From contig CAZVPI010000008.1 in assembly GCA_964628035.1 (NCBI GenBank), positions 29,437-93,436 of the forward strand: a stretch of DNA of 64,000 bases, given 5' to 3'. The notes under the pieces were generated by a model. The model searched no databases. It was given only the letters and a program-made list of their open reading frames with translations, and was not told the DNA's origin. Within the stretch, counting starts at the first letter, position 1, and every line of letters begins with the position of its first letter. A program made the translations under genes and the position numbers. This DNA is from an uncultured Clostridia bacterium (lineage in GTDB: Bacteria; Acidobacteriota; Aminicenantia; UBA2199). Below, piece by piece: positions 18,873-32,498 of this stretch.

Positions 18873-21038
18873 ATGAAAAACATATTCCTCATCCTGCTGC
18901 TGCTGGGCCTGGCCGCCCTGCTGCCCGCCGAGGAAGGCATGTTCCCGCTGAGCGAGATCCACAAGCTCGACCTCAAGGCCCGCGGCTTCGAGCTGGCCCC
19001 GGCCGAGCTGTACAATCCCAGCGGCGTCAGCCTGGTCGACGGCATCATCAACCTGGGCGGCTGCACGGCCAGCTTCATCTCTCCCGAGGGGCTGATCCTG
19101 ACCAACTACCACTGCGCCTTCGGCGCCATCCAGGCGCTGACCACCCCCGAGAACGACTACCTGCGGGACGGCTTCACCGCCGCCACGGCCGCCGACGAGC
19201 TGCCCGCCCCCCGCTACACGGCGCGACTGATCGAGTCCTACCGCGACGTGTCGCGCGAGGTGCTCGCCGCGGTCAAGAAGCGGATGGACCACGCCCAGCG
19301 CAGCAAGGCCATCGAGGAGAAGATCAAGCGCATGGAGGTCGATGTGGAAAAGTCCCTGCCGGGCCGGCGCGCCGAGGTGGCCGAGATGTTCCGCGGCAAG
19401 ACCTACGTGCTGTTCGTCTACGCCAACATCAAGGACGTGCGCCTGGTCTACGCCCCGCCGCGGGCCATCGGCGAGTTCGGCGGCGAGGTGGACAACTGGA
19501 CCTGGCCGCGGCATACCGGCGATTTCGCCCTGATGCGCGCCTACGTCGCCCCCGACGGCTCGTTCGCCGACCATTCCCCGGCCAACGTCCCCTACCGCCC
19601 CAAGAAGCACTTCCAGGTGTCGGCGGCCGGGGTCGACGAGGGCGACTTCGTCTTCGCCCTGGGCTATCCCGGCAGCACCCACCGCCACAAGTCGTCGCAC
19701 TACCTGGCCTTCGAGGAGGAGGTGCGGCTCCCCTTCACCATCGAGCTGGGCCGCTGGATCATCGAGCTGAAGGAGACGATGAGCCAGGAGAGCCGCGCCA
19801 CGGCCATCAAGCTGGCCTCGTCGCTGCAGGGGCTCTGGAACGGCGTCAAGCGCAGCGAGGGGCAGCTGAAAGGGCTGCGCAACCTGGGGCTGGCCGTGCG
19901 CCGGCGCCGCCAGGAGGAGGAGTTGCAGACGTTCATCGCCGCCGACAAGGGGCGGCGCAAGAAATACGGCACCCTGTTCGCCCGCCTCGACAGCGCCTAC
20001 GCCGACATGCGCCGGCGCGCAACCCGCGACATGACCCTGGCCAACCTGGTGAGCGGAAGGGTCTCCACCCTGCTGGGGAACGCCTTCCGCATCTGCCTGG
20101 CCTCCTACGAGCGCGCCAAGCCCGACACCCAGCGCGAGGAGGCCTTCATGGACCGCAACTTCGAGCGCACCGAGCGCATGATGACCATGGCCCTGCGGGA
20201 TTACCATGAGCCGGCGGAACGGGCCGTCCTGCGCCATATGCTGGGCCGGGCCGCCGCCCTGCCGGCCAACGAGGCCGTGCCGGCGGTCCAGAGGATCGTC
20301 AACGGCGGCGAGCCCGGACAGGCCCTGGATGACTTCCTGGACAAGGCCCTGGCTGAAACGAAACTGAAGGACCCGGCCGTGGTCAGCGCCTGGCTGAAAA
20401 CGCCCCAGGCCGGGCTGAAGGCCCAGAAGGACCCGTTCCTGCGCCTGGCCTTCGACCTCTACCCCGATTACCTGGAGATGAAGGAGGCCGAAAAGCGCGA
20501 CAAGGGGATCCTGGACCCGCTGCTGGCCCAGCTGGTCGACGTCAAGAAGGAGTTCCAGGGGACCGATTTCATCCCCGACGCCAACTCCACCCTGCGCCTG
20601 ACCTACGGCCGCATCCGCCCCTATTCCCCGGCCGACGCCGTCGAGATGAGGCCCTTCACCACCCTGCGCGGCATCGTCGAGAAAACGGTCCTGCACAAGG
20701 GGTCCGAGGACTTCTCGGCGCCGCAGCGGCTGCTCGACCTGGCCGCCGCGGGTGATCACGGCGCCTACGCCCACCCGCGCCTGGGGGATGTCCCGGTGGC
20801 CATGCTCTACGACATGGACACCACCGGCGGCAACTCGGGCTCGCCGGTCTTCAACGCCCGCGGCGAGCTGATCGGCCTGAACTTCGACCGCGTCTACGAG
20901 GCGACGATCAACGACTTCGCCTGGGACCCGTCCTACAGCCGCTCCATCGGCGTCGACACCCGCTTCCTCCTCTGGTCGCTGGACAAGTTCAGCAAGGCCC
21001 GGAGACTGCTGGAGGAGATGGGGATAGGGACGAAGTGA
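18873..21038 (+). CDS. S46-family dipeptidyl-peptidase (DPP7/DPP11-like)
   Basis: AAGGAGG RBS. Signal peptide MKNIFLILLLLGLAALLPA. The chymotrypsin-fold triad is split across the protein: His in NYHCAFG, Asp in RHTGDFALMRAY, Ser in TTGGNSGSPVF. Confidence 0.88.
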   Translation: MKNIFLILLLLGLAALLPAEEGMFPLSEIHKLDLKARGFELAPAELYNPSGVSLVDGIINLGGCTASFISPEGLILTNYHCAFGAIQALTTPENDYLRDGFTAATAADELPAPRYTARLIESYRDVSREVLAAVKKRMDHAQRSKAIEEKIKRMEVDVEKSLPGRRAEVAEMFRGKTYVLFVYANIKDVRLVYAPPRAIGEFGGEVDNWTWPRHTGDFALMRAYVAPDGSFADHSPANVPYRPKKHFQVSAAGVDEGDFVFALGYPGSTHRHKSSHYLAFEEEVRLPFTIELGRWIIELKETMSQESRATAIKLASSLQGLWNGVKRSEGQLKGLRNLGLAVRRRRQEEELQTFIAADKGRRKKYGTLFARLDSAYADMRRRATRDMTLANLVSGRVSTLLGNAFRICLASYERAKPDTQREEAFMDRNFERTERMMTMALRDYHEPAERAVLRHMLGRAAALPANEAVPAVQRIVNGGEPGQALDDFLDKALAETKLKDPAVVSAWLKTPQAGLKAQKDPFLRLAFDLYPDYLEMKEAEKRDKGILDPLLAQLVDVKKEFQGTDFIPDANSTLRLTYGRIRPYSPADAVEMRPFTTLRGIVEKTVLHKGSEDFSAPQRLLDLAAAGDHGAYAHPRLGDVPVAMLYDMDTTGGNSGSPVFNARGELIGLNFDRVYEATINDFAWDPSYSRSIGVDTRFLLWSLDKFSKARRLLEEMGIGTK

Positions 21039-21272
21039 CGAGTGACGAGTGACAAGTGACGAGGCGCGCGCTTCGCGCACAAGGCAAAAGTACAAAGGCA
21101 AAGGGAAAGACAACGGCACAAGGGGAAGACGAACGGCCGCAGGATAAAGAATGAGTCATCAGGATGAGAAAGAAAGGAACTCATTCCAGAAAAGGAGATG
21201 CAATCGTTCGAACCTATCGCTGTTTTTCTTCTCTCGTCCCTTGTTACGTGTCACTTGTCACTGAGGTTCGCT
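21029..21272. mobile_element. MITE/REP-like element, family 1, copy 3
   Basis: The left end GACGAAGTGACGAGTGACGAGTGACAAGTGAC overlaps the S46 stop (ACG AAG TGA). The right end CTTGTTACGTGTCACTTGTCACTGAGGTTCG overlaps the GT2 stop (TAA on the minus strand). The internal GAGGCGCGCGCTTCGCGCACAAGGCAAAAGTACAAAGGCAAAG matches the copy at 6108. Confidence 0.65.
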
Positions 21273-22134
21273 GGTTCTTCTTCAGTAGCTCTAGGATCTG
21301 CTTTGCCGCGCTCCTTTCCTCGGCGTCCCTGCTGCGCAGCCCTTTCCAGCGGAACTTGAGCCAGAGGTAGAGTTTCAAGGCGCCGAGCTGCCATCCGGGC
21401 AGGTGCTTGCGGTACACGGTCAGCTGGCTGCGGCGGTACTCGACGGCCGTGCGCGCCGGCATCGAGCCGACGCTGGCGCCCCCCAGGTGGACCATGCGCG
21501 CCCCGGGGTAGAAATAAACCGCCCGCCCCTGGCTGCGCAACCGGGCGCACAGCTCGCTGTCGTCGAAGTAGAGGAAGATCTCCTCGTCGAAAACACGGCC
21601 GCCGGGGAAAAAGGCGGCGCGGGTGAGCAGGCAGCAGCCGCTGACCCAGCCCACCTGACGCGTCCGCAGGCGCTCCGGGCGCCGCCGCCTGGCCAGGGGC
21701 GCGGCCACGGCCTTCTGCCAGAACTCGGAAAAGAGCGACAAGGGGCGGCCGTACGACAGCTGCAGGCTGTGGTCGTCGTTCAGGACCAGCGGGCCCACGG
21801 CGCCTGCATCGTCCCGCTCCTCGGCAAAGGCGACCAGCCGGGCCAGCGTGTCGGGGAAGACGCGGGTGTCGCTGTTGAGAAAGAGCAGGAACTCGCCGCG
21901 GGCCACGGCGGCGCCGCGGTTGTTGCCGCGGGTGAAGCCCAGGTTTTCCGGATTGCGGACGACGCGGATGCGCTCCAGGAACGGGGCCAGCTTGGATTCG
22001 AACTCCGCGGCGGCGTTGTCGACGACGATGACCTCGAAGGGGAACGGGGCCTCGCTGGCCAGCAGCGCGGCCAGGGCCCGGCGCAGGACCTGCTCCTGCT
22101 CGCGGCTGACGACCAGGATGACCGAGAGCTTCAT
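21244..22134 (-). CDS. Family 2 glycosyltransferase
   Basis: MKLSVILVVSREQEQVLRRAL...VIVVDNAA...LNSD is a GT-A N-terminus with a DXD-like motif. 296 aa. Confidence 0.85.
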   Translation of the reverse strand: MKLSVILVVSREQEQVLRRALAALLASEAPFPFEVIVVDNAAAEFESKLAPFLERIRVVRNPENLGFTRGNNRGAAVARGEFLLFLNSDTRVFPDTLARLVAFAEERDDAGAVGPLVLNDDHSLQLSYGRPLSLFSEFWQKAVAAPLARRRRPERLRTRQVGWVSGCCLLTRAAFFPGGRVFDEEIFLYFDDSELCARLRSQGRAVYFYPGARMVHLGGASVGSMPARTAVEYRRSQLTVYRKHLPGWQLGALKLYLWLKFRWKGLRSRDAEERSAAKQILELLKKNQRTSVTSDT

Positions 22135-22149
22135 CGGCGCGCGGCCGGC

Positions 22150-23187
22150 CTATTCCAGAATGATCTTGCCGGCGTTGCCCGCGAGCCCGACCTCGAAGGC
22201 CTCACGGAAGCGGGCCATGGGGAAGCGGTGGGTGATCAGCGGCGCCAGATCGACCCTGCCCGAGACCAGCAGGGCGTCCATCTGGAACCAGGTGTCGTAC
22301 ATGCGCCGGCCGTTGATGCCCTGGACGGTCACCCCCGCGAAGATGACGTCCCTGGCCAGGTCCAGGGTCAGGGGCTTGGCCGGGATGCCCAGCAGCGAGT
22401 AGCGGCCGTTCTTGCGGATGGCGCGGAAGCCCTGGGCGATGGCCGCCGGGTGGCCCGACATCTCCAGCACCACGTCGACACCCTGGCCGCCGGTGAGGCC
22501 GCGCACGACCTCCTCCACGCTCTCGGCCACCGGGTCGATGACGCGGTCGGCGCCCATCTTCTTCGCCAGCTCGCGGCGGAAGGGCATCACCTCGCTCAGC
22601 AGGACCAGCGAGGCGCCGGCCGCCTTGCACACCGGGACGGCGGCGATGCCGATCGGCCCGCCGCCGAGCACCAGGAAGGACTTGCCCACGGTGGCGCCGG
22701 CCATGACCGTGTGCACGGCGTTGCCGAAGGGGTCGTAGACCGCCGCCCACTCGGGGTCGATCCCCTTGGGCACGCGCCACAGGTTGCTCTCGGGCACGGC
22801 GATGTAGTCGGCGAAGCTGCCGTCGCCGTCGACGCCGAGGATGACCACGTTCTCGCACAGGTGGGCGTTGCCCGTCCGGCACTGGAAGCACTGGTTGCAG
22901 ACGACGTGCATCTCGGCGGTGACCAGATCCCCCACCCGGTAGTGGCGCACGGAGGCGCCGGCCTCGACGATCTCGCCGTAGAACTCGTGCCCGGTCGTGA
23001 CCGGGGGCTTGATGCGGTTCTGCGACCACTCGTCCCACTTGTAGATGTGCAGGTCGGTGCCGCAGATGGCGCGCTTGATCACCCGCACCAGGACCTCGCC
23101 GCTCTGGATGGCGGGAATGGGTACCGTTTGCAGCTCCAGCCCCGGCCCGGCCTTCATCTTGCGCAACGCTTGCATCGTGCCTTTCAT
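22150..23187 (-). CDS. tdh: L-threonine 3-dehydrogenase (zinc-dependent MDR family)
   Basis: The N-terminus MKGTMQALRKMKAGPGLELQTVPIP is like Tdh. Zinc ligands in ICGTDLHIYKWDEW...GHEFYGE, structural-Zn Cys cluster CNQCFQC, Rossmann motif GGGPIG. Confidence 0.88.
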   Translation of the reverse strand: MKGTMQALRKMKAGPGLELQTVPIPAIQSGEVLVRVIKRAICGTDLHIYKWDEWSQNRIKPPVTTGHEFYGEIVEAGASVRHYRVGDLVTAEMHVVCNQCFQCRTGNAHLCENVVILGVDGDGSFADYIAVPESNLWRVPKGIDPEWAAVYDPFGNAVHTVMAGATVGKSFLVLGGGPIGIAAVPVCKAAGASLVLLSEVMPFRRELAKKMGADRVIDPVAESVEEVVRGLTGGQGVDVVLEMSGHPAAIAQGFRAIRKNGRYSLLGIPAKPLTLDLARDVIFAGVTVQGINGRRMYDTWFQMDALLVSGRVDLAPLITHRFPMARFREAFEVGLAGNAGKIILE

Positions 23188-23263
23188 CAGGGATTCTCCT
23201 TAGAGCGAAGGAGCCATTGTAGTACGAATGGCCAACTTAAGCAAGTGAAGGGAACCCGGACTA

Positions 23264-23314
23264 TTCAGCAACTTGAAGATACGACGGCCCATCAAGGTAC
23301 CACGTACCACGTAT
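23264..23314 (+). repeat. Family B dispersed repeat, copy 2
   Basis: TTCAGCAACTTGAAGATACGACGGCCCATCAAGGTACCACGTACCACGTATT. Confidence 0.6.
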
Positions 23315-23445
23315 TAAGTACAAAGTAAAAAAGCCCTTGGAATTCCTCAAGCTTAAAGCCGCTTACGTTATAAGCAGTAACGCAATCACCTATTTCTAAG
23401 GCTTGTACGTTCACAGGATTTTTCTGGCTTTAAACATGGTACATG

Positions 23446-23560
23446 GTACGTGGTACGTGGTACCTCGAAGGACCGGGAGGTTTTTGTTCTCGAGATGGTA
23501 TGTGGTACCTCGACGGACTGGAGGTATTCAGGTCTTGAGATGGGATGTGGCATGTGGTAC
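23446..23560 (-). repeat. Two partial tandem family B copies in reverse orientation
   Basis: GTACGTGGTACCTCGAAGGACCGGGAGG and TATGTGGTACCTCGACGGACTGGAGGT are the reverse complement of the CCTCGATGGACCGTCGTACC core. Confidence 0.45.
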
Positions 23561-23588
23561 GTTCTGGCTCTCATGGTATAATGCCCGC

Positions 23589-24398
23589 ATGAAAAAAAGC
23601 ACTGTGCTGTGGCTGCTGGCCCTGCTGCCGACCCTGCTGCTGGCCGTCTACCAGCGCCTGAGCGGCCCCACCCACCCGCTGAAGGCGACCGAGGGCGACG
23701 GCGCCGCCCGCGTCACCTACAGGCTCTACCGCAGCTGGACGAGCCACCGGCCGCTGCCGGTGCGCGTCGCCGGCGACGGCATCGTCTCCATGCGCCTGCT
23801 TCACCGCCGCTTCCCCCCGGTCGAGGGCGAGGAGTGGGCGCCGGTGACGATGAAGACCCGCGGCGGAGCCTTCGTCGGCGACGTGCCGGGACAGCCGGCC
23901 GCCGGCAAGGTGGCCTACCGCATCGAGGCCGTAACCCCCTCCGGCAGCTTGTGGCTGAACGGCGGCGAGCCGGTCGTCGCCCGCTTCAAGGACGAGGTCC
24001 CGGCCTGGGCCCTGGTCCCGCACGTGCTGTTCATGTTCGCCGGGCTGCTCCTGGCTTTCCGCACCGGGCTGGGTGCGCTGCTGCGCCTGGAGGGCTGGGA
24101 GAGGCTCCTGCCCTGGACCGTGATCGTCACCGCCGCCGGAGGCCTGTTCCTCGGGCCGCTGGTGCAGAAGTACGCCTTCGGGTCTTTCTGGACCGGCTTC
24201 CCGCTCGGCCGCGACCTGACCGACACCAAGACCCTGTTCGTCATCCTGATCTGGCTGGCGGCGCTGTTCCTGAAGAGGAAGAGCCGCTGGTGGACGGTGG
24301 CGGCCATGCTGCTGATGATCGGCGTCTACATGATCCCCCATTCCATCTTGGGATCGGAGCTTGACTACAAGACGGGAAAGATCGTCACAGCGAAATAG
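23589..24398 (+). CDS. Hypothetical integral membrane protein
   Basis: Start MKKSTVLWLLALLPTLLLAVY, with several further TM segments. The upstream part of the track ORF (23403-23588) is repeat DNA, not coding. Confidence 0.6.
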   Translation: MKKSTVLWLLALLPTLLLAVYQRLSGPTHPLKATEGDGAARVTYRLYRSWTSHRPLPVRVAGDGIVSMRLLHRRFPPVEGEEWAPVTMKTRGGAFVGDVPGQPAAGKVAYRIEAVTPSGSLWLNGGEPVVARFKDEVPAWALVPHVLFMFAGLLLAFRTGLGALLRLEGWERLLPWTVIVTAAGGLFLGPLVQKYAFGSFWTGFPLGRDLTDTKTLFVILIWLAALFLKRKSRWWTVAAMLLMIGVYMIPHSILGSELDYKTGKIVTAK

Positions 24399-24401
24399 AA
24401 A

Positions 24402-24642
24402 CTCGGCGTGGGGCGCAGGGCGTAGGGGGAAGAGGAAGAAAAAACTCGGCATAGGGCGTAGAGGAAGAAGAAGAAAAGACCTTGGCGAAGGGAACGGCAA
24501 CAATCGATCTGTAGCTTTTCTCTTGCGCCTGAAACTCACGCCTCATGCCGAGACCACCAATGCATTTCCCCTTGGTGAAATGAAAGGCAGAGACCGGTCT
24601 ATGGCTATTCCCTTACGCCTAATGCCTTCCGCCTTACGCCAA
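24402..24642. mobile_element. MITE/REP-like element, family 2, copy C (composite)
   Basis: Left ends AACTCGGCGTGGGGCGCAGGGCGTAGGGGG and AACTCGGCATAGGGCGTAGAGG. Right end CCCTTACGCCTAATGCCTTCCGCCTTACGCCAAG. Confidence 0.5.
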
Positions 24643-24644
24643 GA

Positions 24645-25652
24645 TCAAAGTCCCAAGCTATTGAATGTTTCTTCGGCTTCTAGAACGAGCCCTTTGACGA
24701 TCTCCTTGACCGGCTTGCTGTCCTGGATCAGCCCCACGCTCTGGCCGGCCATCAGCGAACCGTGCTCGACGTCGCCCTCCTGGACGGCGCGGCGCAGGGC
24801 CCCCACCCAGTACTTCTCCACCTCGTACTGGGCCTGGATGCGGGAGATCTCGCCGCGCTCCAGCTTCTGGATCAGCTCGAGCTGCAGGCGGCCGAACTCC
24901 TCGCTGCCCTTGTTCTTCAGGGCGCGGACGGCGACCACCGGCAGGGCCGAACTGTACTGCGGGGTGGCGAAGGCCTCGCGCGCCCGCGCCTTGCGGAAGC
25001 GCTCCTTGAAGGCCGGGTGGCAGGGGCTTTCCTCGGCCATGGCGAAGATCGTCCCCATCTGCACGCCGGCCGCCCCCATCAGCAGCAGGTGGGCGACCAT
25101 GCGCCCGGTGGCGATGCCGCCGGCGACGAAAACCGGCAGCTGCGGGTAATGGAACAGGACCTGCTGGATGAGGACGATGGTCGAGACATGGCCGATGTGG
25201 CCGCCGGCCTCGCTCCCCTCGAGGATCAGGGCGTCGGCGCCGTAGTCGATCATGCGCTCGGCGATCGAGTCGTTGGAGGCGAAGCACAGCACCCTGGCGC
25301 CGCTCTCCTTGGCGATGCGCACCTCTTCCTGGCGCGGGAAGCTGCCGGCGAAGACGATGTAGGGAACGCACCACGAGGCGACCTTTTCCAGGTGGGACAG
25401 GTAGTTGGGGGCGATGGTGATCAGGTTGACGGCGAAGCGGCAGCCGCAGGACTGCAGGGCGCGGACTTCCTTCTCCAGCACCTCGGTGGGCATGTTGCCG
25501 GCGGCCAGCACGCCGAAGGCGCCGGCGTCGGCCACGGCCTTGACCAGCCCCGAGGTGCTGATCCAGGTCATGGCGCCGGCGATCAAGGGATATTCGACGC
25601 CCAGGAAGTCGCGGCCTCTTTGCCAGTATTTTTCGTGCTTAGCGGCTATCAT
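24645..25652 (-). CDS. Nitronate monooxygenase / FabK-like FMN-dependent enoyl reductase (NPD family)
   Basis: Start MIAAKHEKYW. GVEYPLIAGAMTWIS and GAFGVLAAG motifs of the 2-nitropropane dioxygenase/FabK TIM-barrel family. Confidence 0.75.
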   Translation of the reverse strand: MIAAKHEKYWQRGRDFLGVEYPLIAGAMTWISTSGLVKAVADAGAFGVLAAGNMPTEVLEKEVRALQSCGCRFAVNLITIAPNYLSHLEKVASWCVPYIVFAGSFPRQEEVRIAKESGARVLCFASNDSIAERMIDYGADALILEGSEAGGHIGHVSTIVLIQQVLFHYPQLPVFVAGGIATGRMVAHLLLMGAAGVQMGTIFAMAEESPCHPAFKERFRKARAREAFATPQYSSALPVVAVRALKNKGSEEFGRLQLELIQKLERGEISRIQAQYEVEKYWVGALRRAVQEGDVEHGSLMAGQSVGLIQDSKPVKEIVKGLVLEAEETFNSLGL

Positions 25653-25677
25653 AATAGATATTTTAACATGACATGCA

Positions 25678-25882
25678 CTCGGTGACAAGTGGTGCGAAGC
25701 AGCACGGAGCGAACCTTGAGACAATGTCCCGAAGGCAATCAAACGAGATTCCAGGAAAAAACAATGCGGCCGCACAAAGACCTGAAGCAGGGCATGATGG
25801 TTATCAGGAAGATTGTTGAACTTGCAAAAGGATATCCTGCTGCAACTCGCTATCTTGCTGGCTCCTTGTCACTTGTCACTCG
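25678..25882. mobile_element. MITE/REP-like element, family 1, copy 4
   Basis: Left end CTCGGTGACAAGTGGTGCGAAGC. Right end CCTTGTCACTTGTCACTCGCCACC. It sits in the divergent region between the NMO and histidine-kinase genes. The internal 78-codon ORF is not credible. Confidence 0.5.
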
Positions 25883-25954
25883 CCACCCGTCTCAGGAGAT
25901 CATTTTTTCTATTGTGCTAAGTTGAGAAATGGAATATAATGACTTATCCTGGCA

Positions 25955-26754
25955 ATGAAAATCACCGAATACACTCCCGGCGGCGAAGCGGCCGCACCGT
26001 CCGCACCGCTGCCCGCGGCCATGGCCGCCGCCCGCGACGCCCTGCTGTTGGAAGCCCTGCCGGGCATCTTCCACAAGCTGAAGAACAAGCTGACCCCCAT
26101 CCTGGGCTTCAGCCAGATCCTCAAGTCCCGCGGCTGCGACGATTTCGCGAGCGAGCGCCTGGAGCGCATCGAGCGCAACGCATACGAGCTGACCGAGAAC
26201 CTGAACGCGCTCAAGGAGTACAGCCGCCGAACGTCCCCGGCCCTGCAGGCTGCCGCCCTGGACAGCCTCCTGGAAGGGATGGCCGGCGACTGGCAGGCCC
26301 TGGCCGACCGCGCGGCCGCCCGCGTCGTCCTGGAGCTGGAGCCTGGGCTGCCCGAGCTGCCCCTCGACGGCGACCAGGTGCGCTTCCTGCTGCTGGAGCT
26401 CATTGGCAACGCCGCCCGGGCCCTGCGCGCCAGGTCCGCCGCGGAGCGCGAGATCCGCGTCTCGCTGCGCCGCTGCGGCGGGGCGCTGCGCCTGGCCGTG
26501 CGCGACAACGGCCGCGGCCTGGCGCCCCAGGAGCTGGAGTCCGTCTGGAACCCCTTTGCCGCCGGCGAGGGCGGCGGCGCCGGCCTGGGGCTGTCCCTGT
26601 GCGACGCGGCCGTCGCCCGCCACGGGGCCCGACGCTCCGTGGCCTCGGTCCCCGGCGAGTTCAGCGAATTCCGCATCGACTTCCCCCTGCCCCCCCCTGC
26701 CGGGCGCCGGCAGGGACGCCAAGGGGAAAAATCCGTGAATCCAAAGGAGGAACC

Positions 26755-26758
<4 letters not shown>
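25955..26758 (+). CDS. Small cytoplasmic sensor histidine kinase (HisKA + HATPase_c only), no adjacent response regulator
   Basis: H-box HKLKNKLTPILGFSQIL. N-box LLLELIGNAARA. G boxes DNGRGL...GGGAGLGLSL. No TM segments. Its stop overlaps the ppdK ATG (ATGA). Confidence 0.75.
26745..26750 (+). promoter_or_regulatory. Shine-Dalgarno (AGGAGG) for ppdK
   Basis: AAAGGAGGAACC ATG; spacing 5 nt. Confidence 0.6.
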
Positions 26759-29568
<2,810 letters not shown>

Positions 29569-29592
29569 ACGGTAGTCAGTAGACAGTAGAAA

Positions 29593-29628
29593 GGCCATTC
29601 CGCGAGATCGCGGGATGGCCTTTTTTTT
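29593..29628 (+). terminator. Rho-independent terminator after ppdK
   Basis: GGCCATTCCGCG-AGAT-CGCGGGATGGCC is a 12-bp stem with one G-U pair, followed by TTTTTTTT. Confidence 0.8.
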
Positions 29629-29808
29629 GGGAAGAAATGGTAATAATAGTGATAGTGGCAGTAGCAGCGTAGAAGCGATCATTCAGCTCAAGCGCAAAGC
29701 ATCTTCTCTTGCTTTCCCCCTTTACCTCCCCCTTGATGACTGATTCTCGTTTCTAGGAGTGAGAAGCTCTTAGAGCGCGGCAGGCCCCCAAGCATCGAGT
29801 GCTCGCTA

Positions 29809-29874
29809 ACGTGGTACACGGAACGTTGTACGTGGTGCCTCGAAGGACCGTCGCACCTTCAAATTGTTGACCAG
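29809..29874 (-). repeat. Family B dispersed repeat, reverse-orientation copy
   Basis: ACGTGGTACACGGAACGTTGTACGTGGTGCCTCGAAGGACCGTCGCACCTTCAAATTGTTGACCAG is the reverse complement of the family B consensus. Confidence 0.6.
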
Positions 29875-29932
29875 TTCTGTTCTTTCTAGCCGACTTGACT
29901 TCGCCTCCCCCATTTCATAAAATTTCCTCGCC

Positions 29933-30861
<929 letters not shown>

Positions 30862-30865
<4 letters not shown>

Positions 30866-31632
30866 AAGCCGGCATCCGCGGCATCGCCGTCAACACCTTC
30901 CGTGAGTCGGCGCGCAACAAGATGTTCTACCTGCTCGTCTTCTTCGGCGTCCTTTTCGCCTTCAGCTCCAAGCTGGTCAGCTTCCTGACCCTCGGCGACG
31001 CCACGAAGGTGCTCAAGGACACCGGCCTGGCGGCCATCAATTTCTTCTGCGTGCTGATCGCCGTCTTCACCGGCATCAACCTGGTCTACAAGGAGGTCGA
31101 GAAGAAGACCGTCATCAACATCCTGAGCAAGCCCATCCGCCGCGAGGAGTTCATCCTGGGCAAGTTCCTGGGGCTGGCCCTGACCCTGCTGGCCGCCCTG
31201 GGCGCCATGGCCGCCCTCTTCTTCGCCTTCTTGGCCCTCTCCGGCGGCGGCTTCGACCTCGGCATCCTGCTCTACTTCTTCATGCTCTACCTGGAGCTGC
31301 TGATCCTCATCGCCCTGTCGCTGCTCTTCTCCTCCTTCACCACCCCCATCCTCTCCTTCCTCTTCACCGTGTCGCTCTACCTGATCGGCCAGGTGCTGTG
31401 GACCTACAACGAGTTCAAGGACTACCTGGCCGTCCCCGCCTGGCGGTTCGTCAGCGAAATATTCTATTACGCGCTGCCCAACCTGCACAAGTTCAACATC
31501 AAGAGCGAGGTGGTGCTGGGACAGCTGCCTGGCCTGTCCACGGTCCTCCATGCCGTTCTCTACGCGCTGCTGTACGTCGCCGCCCTGCTGGCCCTGGCCG
31601 TGCTGGTCTTCCGCAGCCGGGAATTCCGATGA
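30862..31632 (+). CDS. ABC-2 family transporter permease
   Basis: Start MKAGIRGIAVNTFRESARNKMFYLLVFF. Six predicted TM helices. Its ATG overlaps the ATPase stop (ATGA). Confidence 0.75.
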
Positions 31633-32498
31633 TGCGCCGCCCCACCGGCGAGGTCCTGAAGGGAGGCTGGCTCGCGGCGACGGCGCTGGCCGGCCTGCTG
31701 CTGGCCGGCGGCGCGCAGCAGCGCTACGACGCCACCGTCGACTACTTCGCGGAGCGCAACGCCTTCGTCTCCCTGCCCTCGGGCAGGACCCTGAAGGCCC
31801 TTTCCTTCGGCTATCACGCCCTGGCCGCCGACCTGCTCTTCATCTGGTCGATCCAGTTCTACTCGACCTATCACATCCGCAACCGCTTCGAATTCATCGA
31901 GCGGGTCTACGAGGCGATCACCGATGTGTCGCCGACCTACAAGTCGCCCTACATCGTCGGTTCGCTGATCATGGTCCACGAGAAGCGGGACGTGCCCATG
32001 GCCCTGCGCCTGCTGGAAAAGGGCTCGCGGCACAATCCCGACGAGTGGCTCTTCGACCACGACGCCGGCTTCTACTGCTACAAGTACCTGAAGGACTACG
32101 CCAGGGCGCAGAAGTACTACAACCGCGCCGCCGCCAAGCCCGGGGCGCCGCCGTTCCTCCGCCGCCTGAAGGCCCACATGGTCTACCTGCGCGACGACCC
32201 GCAGGTGGCCACGCGCATGTGGCTCGACATCTACCGCAACGCCAGGGACACCCTGACCCGCGACTCGGCCTTCAACCACCTGTACCAGATCAAGGCCGAG
32301 GCCGACCTGCCGCTGCTGGCCGAGAAGATCGCCGCCTACCGCGGGCGCTTCCGCAGGCCGCCGGCCGCCCTGTCCGATCTGGTCGCGGCCGGGCTGCTCC
32401 GCGAGGTGCCCCGGGATTTCGCCGGCCAGGAATACCGCTACGACCCGGCGAGCGGCGAGGTGACGGCGCAGAGGATATTCCGGTGGAAGAAGCGCTGA
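31629..32498 (+). CDS. Hypothetical protein with N-terminal membrane anchor
   Basis: ATGATG start overlapping the permease stop. MMRRPTGEVLKGGWLAATALAGLLLAGG, then a soluble domain rich in aromatics. No recognised motif. Confidence 0.5.
   Translation: MMRRPTGEVLKGGWLAATALAGLLLAGGAQQRYDATVDYFAERNAFVSLPSGRTLKALSFGYHALAADLLFIWSIQFYSTYHIRNRFEFIERVYEAITDVSPTYKSPYIVGSLIMVHEKRDVPMALRLLEKGSRHNPDEWLFDHDAGFYCYKYLKDYARAQKYYNRAAAKPGAPPFLRRLKAHMVYLRDDPQVATRMWLDIYRNARDTLTRDSAFNHLYQIKAEADLPLLAEKIAAYRGRFRRPPAALSDLVAAGLLREVPRDFAGQEYRYDPASGEVTAQRIFRWKKR

Noticed and set aside
18855-21119. 754-aa minus-strand ORF antisense to the S46 peptidase, and similar giant antisense ORFs at 25909-29682 (1257 aa), 36175-38448, 38515-39909, 41065-42549 and 52979-54586
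   Set aside because: They are low-complexity Gly/Ala/Arg/Asp-rich translations fully overlapping strongly supported genes on the other strand. This is a high-GC frame artefact.
25689-25925. 78-codon ORF between the NMO and histidine-kinase genes
   Set aside because: It lies inside family 1 MITE copy 4 and has no RBS or motif. It is probably non-coding.
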